Shown here in pieces: positions 58,359-64,000 of a stretch of 64,000 nucleotides of DNA (position 1 is its first letter; the number at the start of each line of letters is the position of its first letter). Below the pieces are notes generated by a model. The model made no database searches. It saw only the letters and a list, made by a program, of their open reading frames with translations, and was not told where the DNA came from. The position numbers were made by a program, and so were the translations under genes. The stretch spans positions 1,248,001 through 1,312,000 of the forward strand of contig CAVUDW010000003.1 of the NCBI GenBank assembly GCA_963740355.1. Direction: 5' to 3'. The stretch is from an uncultured Gemmatimonadaceae bacterium (GTDB lineage Bacteria; Gemmatimonadota; Gemmatimonadetes; Gemmatimonadales; Gemmatimonadaceae).

Positions 58359-58848
58359 GTGAACCTCCTTCACCCTGCGTATACACCTCGAGCATCCGCT
58401 TCCGCGCCCGCGCGAGTGTGGTTCCAATGGCACCGCGCGACAGCCCGGTTGCCTCTGCGATTTCGTCGTAGTCGAAGCCCTCGGCCTGCAACAGCAGCAC
58501 ATCCCGATCACGTTCTGAGAGTTGCGCGAGGGCGGCGCGAACACGCAGCCTGGTCTCCTCGCGTTCGTACGCCTCGTCCGGCTGTTCGTACGGTGCGACA
58601 TGGTCTTCATCCTTCACCAACACCAAACGTCGCTCGCGTGTGGCGGCGTTGCGGCCTTCCTCGCGCAGGAGGTTGAGTGCCACGGCAAAGAGCCATGGCC
58701 GCGGATTGGTGGGTGGTGCGGCCACCGCGCGCGCAAACGTCTCCTGTGCCAACTCCTCCGCGCGACCACGGTCGCCCGTGCGGCGCGTCAGCATCCGCAC
58801 GAGCGACTCGTGGTACTCCCGGAACAGTGCGCCGAGATCAAGTCCCAT
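58342..58848 (-). CDS. ECF RNA polymerase sigma factor
   Basis: AEELAQETF, WLFAVALN, LSERDRDVLLL, YDEIAE, LARARKR. Confidence 0.93.
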   Translation of the reverse strand: MGLDLGALFREYHESLVRMLTRRTGDRGRAEELAQETFARAVAAPPTNPRPWLFAVALNLLREEGRNAATRERRLVLVKDEDHVAPYEQPDEAYEREETRLRVRAALAQLSERDRDVLLLQAEGFDYDEIAEATGLSRGAIGTTLARARKRMLEVYTQGEGGSHVARG

Positions 58849-58862
58849 GATCAGTGCGGCCC

Positions 58863-61121
58863 TCAGGCGCCGCGGAAGTCTTTCGCCAACTGCGCCACGT
58901 CACTGGCTGCCAGAACCTGCTGCCCTGCACGCTGGATCCGGATGCTCACGCGACGACCGGCGATCAGCACGTCATCACCAAGCGTCGCCGCATCGCGCAG
59001 CTCCGGCAGCGCCTTCAGGAGGGCAAAGTACGCCGTCGAGAAGGCCTCCACACTCACGATACGCTGCGCCTGCTGGCTGAGGTCCTTCCACTGCGTTCCC
59101 TGCTGCTCGAACCGACGGCTGCCAATCACCCGCTGGCGCAGGCCACCACTCGACATGTTCCCGCCCACCATCGAGTCCACCGAGCGATCCTGCGCCCGAT
59201 TGCTCGCCTGCCTCGCTCCTGAGACACTCACGGCGCCGAGCATGTCGGCACTGGTCTGGGCGGCTTCGAACGCCGCCTTGCCCGTCTGGGCCTTCGCGGC
59301 CGGAGCCGAGGCGGGCGCCGGTGCACTGCGCCGCGCTTCATCGCGCCGATCACCAACCACACCGCCGCCTGACGCGACCACCGGCTCCTGCACCAGGTAG
59401 GCCGTGTACTCCGTCACGATGCCGTGCCGCAGCGCCAGCGCCTTGATCTCCTCGATCCGCTCCGGCGTCGTGCCTTCGAGGCGCATCGTGCGAGTGAGTG
59501 CGCCAATCCGTCGCGCCGCCCAGAGCGTGCTCACATACTCGTGATCATTCTCGTGGGCTGCGAAGTCGACCGAGGTCGCAACGCGCACGGTCCGACCATC
59601 CCGTGTTCCCTCGATCACCAGTGGGCCACTGCCACTCCCCTGGTAGCGGCCCAGCACCACCAGTTCCTGGCCGGCGAACAGGTCCGGCATCCGCACCGGC
59701 TCGAGCGACACGATGCGTGCCGGCGACGACACCACGTGCAGATCGACCAGTGCCGGCGCGCGCAGCTTTCGTGCGAGGTTGCCGACGGTCTGTTCGACAT
59801 TGCCGTTCGGCGGCACGAAGTCCGCGGCACCGCGTCCATCCTGCGCCATGCGTTCGAGCAGGAAGGTGTTCACATCGGTACCGATGCCAACCGTGAAGAC
59901 GCGCATTCCCGACGCATCCTGTGATGCCATCGCCGCCAGGTTTTCGGGTCGTGTTTCACCCACGCTTGGGACACCATCGGTGAGGAACACCAGCACATCG
60001 AGATTGCTGTCACGCGACCGATTCCGATCGCGTCGCAACGCTTCGCGCAATGCCCCTTCGATGTTCGTTCCTCCCTCCGCCACCAGCGCCGTCGTCCAGT
60101 TGCGCGCACTCTCGAGCGCTGCGGCATCGGCAACGGAGTAACCGTCGCGGAACGAGTGCACACCCGACGAAAACGAGATGAGGCGGAATCGATCGCGGGA
60201 TGACAGCGTGCCGAGCACCTGCAGCATGGCGGCCTTCGCCTGTTCGAGCTTGGGACCACTCATCGAACCCGAGACATCCACCACCATCGTCAGGTCGCGG
60301 CCCATGCGTTGGGCGTCGGTCATCTCCGGCGGCGTGACGTAGAGCAGGAAGTAGCCATCCTCGCCGCCCGGCGCATGCGTCACCACACTCAGGCCTGCAT
60401 CGGTGCTGCGCAGCGGCAGGAACAGTTCGACATCGCCGCGTGAGGCGTCGGTCACAGTCACCGTCCGATCATCATCGCCGCTGACCTGCACCGTATGTGT
60501 TGGCGAGAAGGGGCGACCGAAACGCGACGGTTCACGCAGTGTCACACGAATGTCGGGGCGCGCACCGTTGCGCTCCTCAGGACCGAGTGCATAGCGCCAG
60601 CGCAGTGCATCCCCTTCCTTGTCGAGGATCTGCGTGAAGCGAAGCACCACCTTGCGCGTTTCACCAGGTTGAATCGGGAATACCTGCGCGCGCAGCAGCT
60701 GATGTCCCGCCAGTGTGACGAGCGCCGGATCACGACGGCGGCGCACGATCTCTTCATAGATGCCGCGGGCCTTGGTGGCATCCATCAATTCGCCGCGCAT
60801 CTCCGTCTCACCCATCCACAGCGACAGCGACTGAAACACCGCCTCGCCGGCCAGGGGATAGTGGTAGGTGCCTTCTGCCATGCCGCCACCATTGTTGCGG
60901 AACTGTTCCTCTACCTCGATGCGTGCCACGCGGCCTTCGATCGTGGCGCGGATGCTGGTCGACACGCGCGTGACATTCCATTGCATGGGGCGTGGCATGT
61001 CCGGTCGTGTGACGACTGGGCCGGGCCGGGGTTCGATCCACCCCTGTGCATTGCCGAGCGTCGGGGCGAGAACTGCGGCGGCGAGCGCCAGCGTGCGGTG
61101 GAGCCAATCGAGTCGTGACAT
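58863..61121 (-). CDS. Secreted VIT plus vWA domain protein (inter-alpha-trypsin inhibitor-like)
   Basis: Signal peptide; VIT (VEEQFRN, EGTYHYPL, YEEIVRRRRDPALV); MIDAS DVSGS, GGTN, LTDG; PDLFAG; LWAARRIG; VTEYTAYLV. Confidence 0.92.
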   Translation of the reverse strand: MSRLDWLHRTLALAAAVLAPTLGNAQGWIEPRPGPVVTRPDMPRPMQWNVTRVSTSIRATIEGRVARIEVEEQFRNNGGGMAEGTYHYPLAGEAVFQSLSLWMGETEMRGELMDATKARGIYEEIVRRRRDPALVTLAGHQLLRAQVFPIQPGETRKVVLRFTQILDKEGDALRWRYALGPEERNGARPDIRVTLREPSRFGRPFSPTHTVQVSGDDDRTVTVTDASRGDVELFLPLRSTDAGLSVVTHAPGGEDGYFLLYVTPPEMTDAQRMGRDLTMVVDVSGSMSGPKLEQAKAAMLQVLGTLSSRDRFRLISFSSGVHSFRDGYSVADAAALESARNWTTALVAEGGTNIEGALREALRRDRNRSRDSNLDVLVFLTDGVPSVGETRPENLAAMASQDASGMRVFTVGIGTDVNTFLLERMAQDGRGAADFVPPNGNVEQTVGNLARKLRAPALVDLHVVSSPARIVSLEPVRMPDLFAGQELVVLGRYQGSGSGPLVIEGTRDGRTVRVATSVDFAAHENDHEYVSTLWAARRIGALTRTMRLEGTTPERIEEIKALALRHGIVTEYTAYLVQEPVVASGGGVVGDRRDEARRSAPAPASAPAAKAQTGKAAFEAAQTSADMLGAVSVSGARQASNRAQDRSVDSMVGGNMSSGGLRQRVIGSRRFEQQGTQWKDLSQQAQRIVSVEAFSTAYFALLKALPELRDAATLGDDVLIAGRRVSIRIQRAGQQVLAASDVAQLAKDFRGA

Positions 61122-61199
61122 GCGGTGCCTCGGGTGTTGGGTCTGCAGGGAGATGCCCGACCCCTGAACCCATGCACACGTGCCCGCTCACGCACGCAA

Positions 61200-61231
61200 A
61201 ACGGGCCACTGCATTGCTGCCGTGGCCCGTT
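61200..61231 (-). terminator. Rho-independent terminator after the gene at 61293-62570
   Basis: AACGGGCCAC/GTGGCCCGTT stem followed by T residues on the minus strand. Confidence 0.55.
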
Positions 61232-61292
61232 GCGTTGCGCGATATCTGGATGCCAGCAGGCGCGGCCTGCTCGATTGAGCTGGCCGTTCAGC

Positions 61293-62570
61293 TCAGAATG
61301 GTCGAGGGGCGGCCGTTCGGGTCGCCGTCGCACGCGCGCTGCGTCCCAATTCAGACGTCGCACTGCGCTGTGAATTGACCTGCAACGCATTCTCCGATGC
61401 ACCCGTCGACACGTTCACATCCGGCAGCGTGACCGCGACCGGCACCTGCGGTGCTGCGGCTGAAGGAGCGGCGTCCGTTGGCTGCGCCTTGCCGTCGCTC
61501 CGCTTGGCGGGGCGATCGACATACACGATGCGGGTCTGGACCTGTGGGGCTGCAGGCGCGACCGAAACCGGCGCCGGTGCGGCAGCCGTGCGGGCCGCAG
61601 CCGCTGCTTCGACCTGCTTCGCCGCCGCAGCCGCAGCAGCTGTTGCCGCCTGCGCCACGGATGACTGGAAGTACTTGTATCCGCCGAAAGCCAGCACTGC
61701 CACGAGCACGGCACCACCGACCATCACACCCATCATCGCCGACTTCGGCTTCCGGCCGACGGTGGTCTCTGCAATCGAAAAGTCGGAGAGCGGCTGTGAC
61801 GCCGAGTTAGGCACCGCTTGCGACACGTATTCGCGATCTGACGACGGCGTGACGGCGGCGACGTTCGTCGGCGACCGATACGAGGTGATGCGCGACGGCG
61901 TGGACGAGAAGGTGACGACCAACTCCGGCTGCGCTTCGACGGTACGGGACGGCGAGACCGATGCCATCCGTGCCATGAACGACGGTCGCTCCGGCGCGGT
62001 GGCCGATGCCGATGGTGTGGCGGTCGGGCGCACGATCGACACACCATCCGGCGGTGTCGGCGTGAAGATCGATGGTTCGATCAGCGGCGCAGGCGGTTCG
62101 ACGATCGCAGCCACGATCGGGGTCACTGCAGCCACCGGCTCTACCGGCGACACCTTCGGCTGCTCGGCCTCGGCGCGCAGTTTTGCGATCGCGTCGACGA
62201 GGCTGGCCGAGACGGGCACCTGCGTGCGCGATGACGACGGGAATTCGATGTCGAGCGCCGGCGCACTCTCGTGTGGTGCGCGCGGTGCTGGCGGCTTTGG
62301 TGCTGCGGGAGCGATCGGCGCGTCGATGCCGTACACGGGGGCGCCAGCGGTAGCGCCACCGATGGTGATGGACGCACCAGCGCCGCTCGAGACGAGACCT
62401 GACCGCGCCTCGGCCTCGGCCGTCTTTGGCGACGAACTGCCCAGCATCAGCGCGACGTAGTGACGCGAACAGTCAGCGCAGCTACCGAGATGGTCGTCGA
62501 TCTCGCGACGGCGGTGCGCGTCGAGGCGCCCCGCCACAAGAGCCTTGAGTTCGAACAGTTCGGGGTGCAC
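61293..62570 (-). CDS. zf-HC2 domain membrane protein with Pro/Ala/Ser-rich linker
   Basis: HPELFEL...GRLD...HLGSCADC, long low-complexity region, TM near residue 290; GTG start at 62570. Confidence 0.7.
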   Translation of the reverse strand: MHPELFELKALVAGRLDAHRRREIDDHLGSCADCSRHYVALMLGSSSPKTAEAEARSGLVSSGAGASITIGGATAGAPVYGIDAPIAPAAPKPPAPRAPHESAPALDIEFPSSSRTQVPVSASLVDAIAKLRAEAEQPKVSPVEPVAAVTPIVAAIVEPPAPLIEPSIFTPTPPDGVSIVRPTATPSASATAPERPSFMARMASVSPSRTVEAQPELVVTFSSTPSRITSYRSPTNVAAVTPSSDREYVSQAVPNSASQPLSDFSIAETTVGRKPKSAMMGVMVGGAVLVAVLAFGGYKYFQSSVAQAATAAAAAAAKQVEAAAAARTAAAPAPVSVAPAAPQVQTRIVYVDRPAKRSDGKAQPTDAAPSAAAPQVPVAVTLPDVNVSTGASENALQVNSQRSATSELGRSARATATRTAAPRPF

Positions 62571-62872
62571 GCAACTCTCCCATCGTCGAGAGGCTGACGG
62601 CTTCCATGCCATCCGGATTGGGGCATGGTCGCAGTCCAGCCGGGCGGTCCCACACCGCCTCTTGCTTACGACGACGGTGATACGGGTGGGCAACACGTCG
62701 CAGCGGTTTCGGCTGTGAGTATCGGCACCCCAGATCGGATGACAACACCGATCTTAACGTGGGATGCAAGGAGGATGCCCGGCGCCGGCGGCGCGAGGGG
62801 CTGGCGGAAGCTCCTTGCCCAAAGACGCACCGACGGCGGCAGGATTCTCGCCTGCCGCCGTCGGTATTTCCC

Positions 62873-64000
62873 TCAGAAGACCTCGGCGTCCAATGCCATC
62901 ACCGGCGCCGAGCCGGCCATGATCCGCGCGAACAACCCGTGCGCCTCGGGCAGCATCTTCGTGAAGAAGAACCGCGCCGTCTTGATCTTGGCGTCGTAGA
63001 ACGCCCGATCGCCATTCGCCGTCGGCATTTTGGCGTACGCCGCCTCGGCCATGCGCAGCCACATGTCGCCCAGCGCCACGAGGCCGAACATGCGCAGGTA
63101 GTCCGTGCTGGCCGCACCCGCTTCATCGGGATTCGAGAGCGACTTGAGGGCGATGAACTGGGTCGCCTGCTGCAGCCGCGTGAAGATCTTCGCGAACGGC
63201 TCGGCGAACTCCTTCAACTGCGGGTCCTGCGCCGTGCGCTCCAGCCGCTCCGACAGCGGATGAAAGAAGAAGCGCAGGAAGCGCCCGCCCTCCGCCGGAA
63301 GCTTGCGGCCCACCAGGTCGAGCGCCTGAATGCCGTTGGCCCCTTCGTAGATCTGCGCAATGCGGGCATCGCGCACGAACTGCTCCATCCCGTATTCACG
63401 GATGTAGCCATGCCCGCCGTAGATCTGCAGCGCCATGTTGGTGCACTCGAAGCCCATGTCGGTGAAGTACGCCTTCACGATCGGCGTCATCAGCGCGACG
63501 AAGTCGTCAGAGTCCTTCTGCACCGCGGGATCGGGATGCTTCTCGTGCATGTCGATGTGTGTGCCAACCCACAGCGAGAGCGCACGCGCGCCTTCGTTGA
63601 AGGCCCGAATCGTCATCAGCGAGCGGCGCACATCCGGATGCACGATCAGCGGATCGGCCGGCCCCGATGGATTCTTGGCGCCGGTCAGCGATCGGCCCTG
63701 CAAGCGATCCTTGGCGTAGCTGACGGCGTTCTGGTACGCCACCTCGCTCAGCCCCAGTCCCTGCATCCCCACCGCAAGGCGGGCGGCGTTCATCATCGTG
63801 AACATGCCGCGCATCCCCTTGTTGGTCTCACCAACCAGCCAGCCGATCGAGTTGTCGAACGCCAGCACGCAGGTGGGCGACGCCTTGATGCCCATCTTGT
63901 GCTCGATGCTCACGCACCGTACGGCGTTGTCATCACTCGGCGCGCCGTCGGCGTTGAGCAGGAACTTCGGCACGATGAAGAGGCTGATCCCCTTGATGCC
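62873..64000 (-). CDS. Acyl-CoA dehydrogenase (5' part outside window)
   Basis: GISLFIVPK, EHKMGIKASPTC, MFTMMNAARL, HPDVRR, QIYGGHGYI, QIYEGANGIQALDL. Confidence 0.95.
   Translation of the reverse strand, partial: GIKGISLFIVPKFLLNADGAPSDDNAVRCVSIEHKMGIKASPTCVLAFDNSIGWLVGETNKGMRGMFTMMNAARLAVGMQGLGLSEVAYQNAVSYAKDRLQGRSLTGAKNPSGPADPLIVHPDVRRSLMTIRAFNEGARALSLWVGTHIDMHEKHPDPAVQKDSDDFVALMTPIVKAYFTDMGFECTNMALQIYGGHGYIREYGMEQFVRDARIAQIYEGANGIQALDLVGRKLPAEGGRFLRFFFHPLSERLERTAQDPQLKEFAEPFAKIFTRLQQATQFIALKSLSNPDEAGAASTDYLRMFGLVALGDMWLRMAEAAYAKMPTANGDRAFYDAKIKTARFFFTKMLPEAHGLFARIMAGSAPVMALDAEVF

Overview
GC-rich bacterial chromosome segment. Gene content and style suggest Gemmatimonadota (inference). 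About 1.7-20 kb is a minus-strand type IVa pilus locus: pilS-pilR, six tandem pilin paralogs, a catalytically degenerate histidine-kinase-like gene, pilV/W/X-like minor pilins, pilMNOPQ and a large Ig/beta-propeller lipoprotein. The four near-identical central pilins each carry their own sigma54 promoter with IHF-like and enhancer-like motifs at conserved spacing. The rest of the window holds a CorC/HlyC transporter, arfB, a TolC-HlyD-ABC exporter with degenerate ATPase motifs, hslR, a TsdA-like cytochrome, an Mhq-like quinone-detox operon with a MarR regulator, a CHAD-CYTH fusion, a TerC-GT4-deacetylase-GT4 operon, MATE-nhaR, a degenerate isocitrate-dehydrogenase-like protein, an HDOD protein, three hybrid kinases, a nested palindromic REP-like repeat cluster, a TonB-dependent receptor divergent from an S9 peptidase, a DEAD-box helicase, a VIT-vWA/ECF sigma/anti-sigma cluster and a partial acyl-CoA dehydrogenase. 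No rRNA, tRNA, CRISPR array or transposase was recognised. All calls come from reading motifs by eye; no database search was run.
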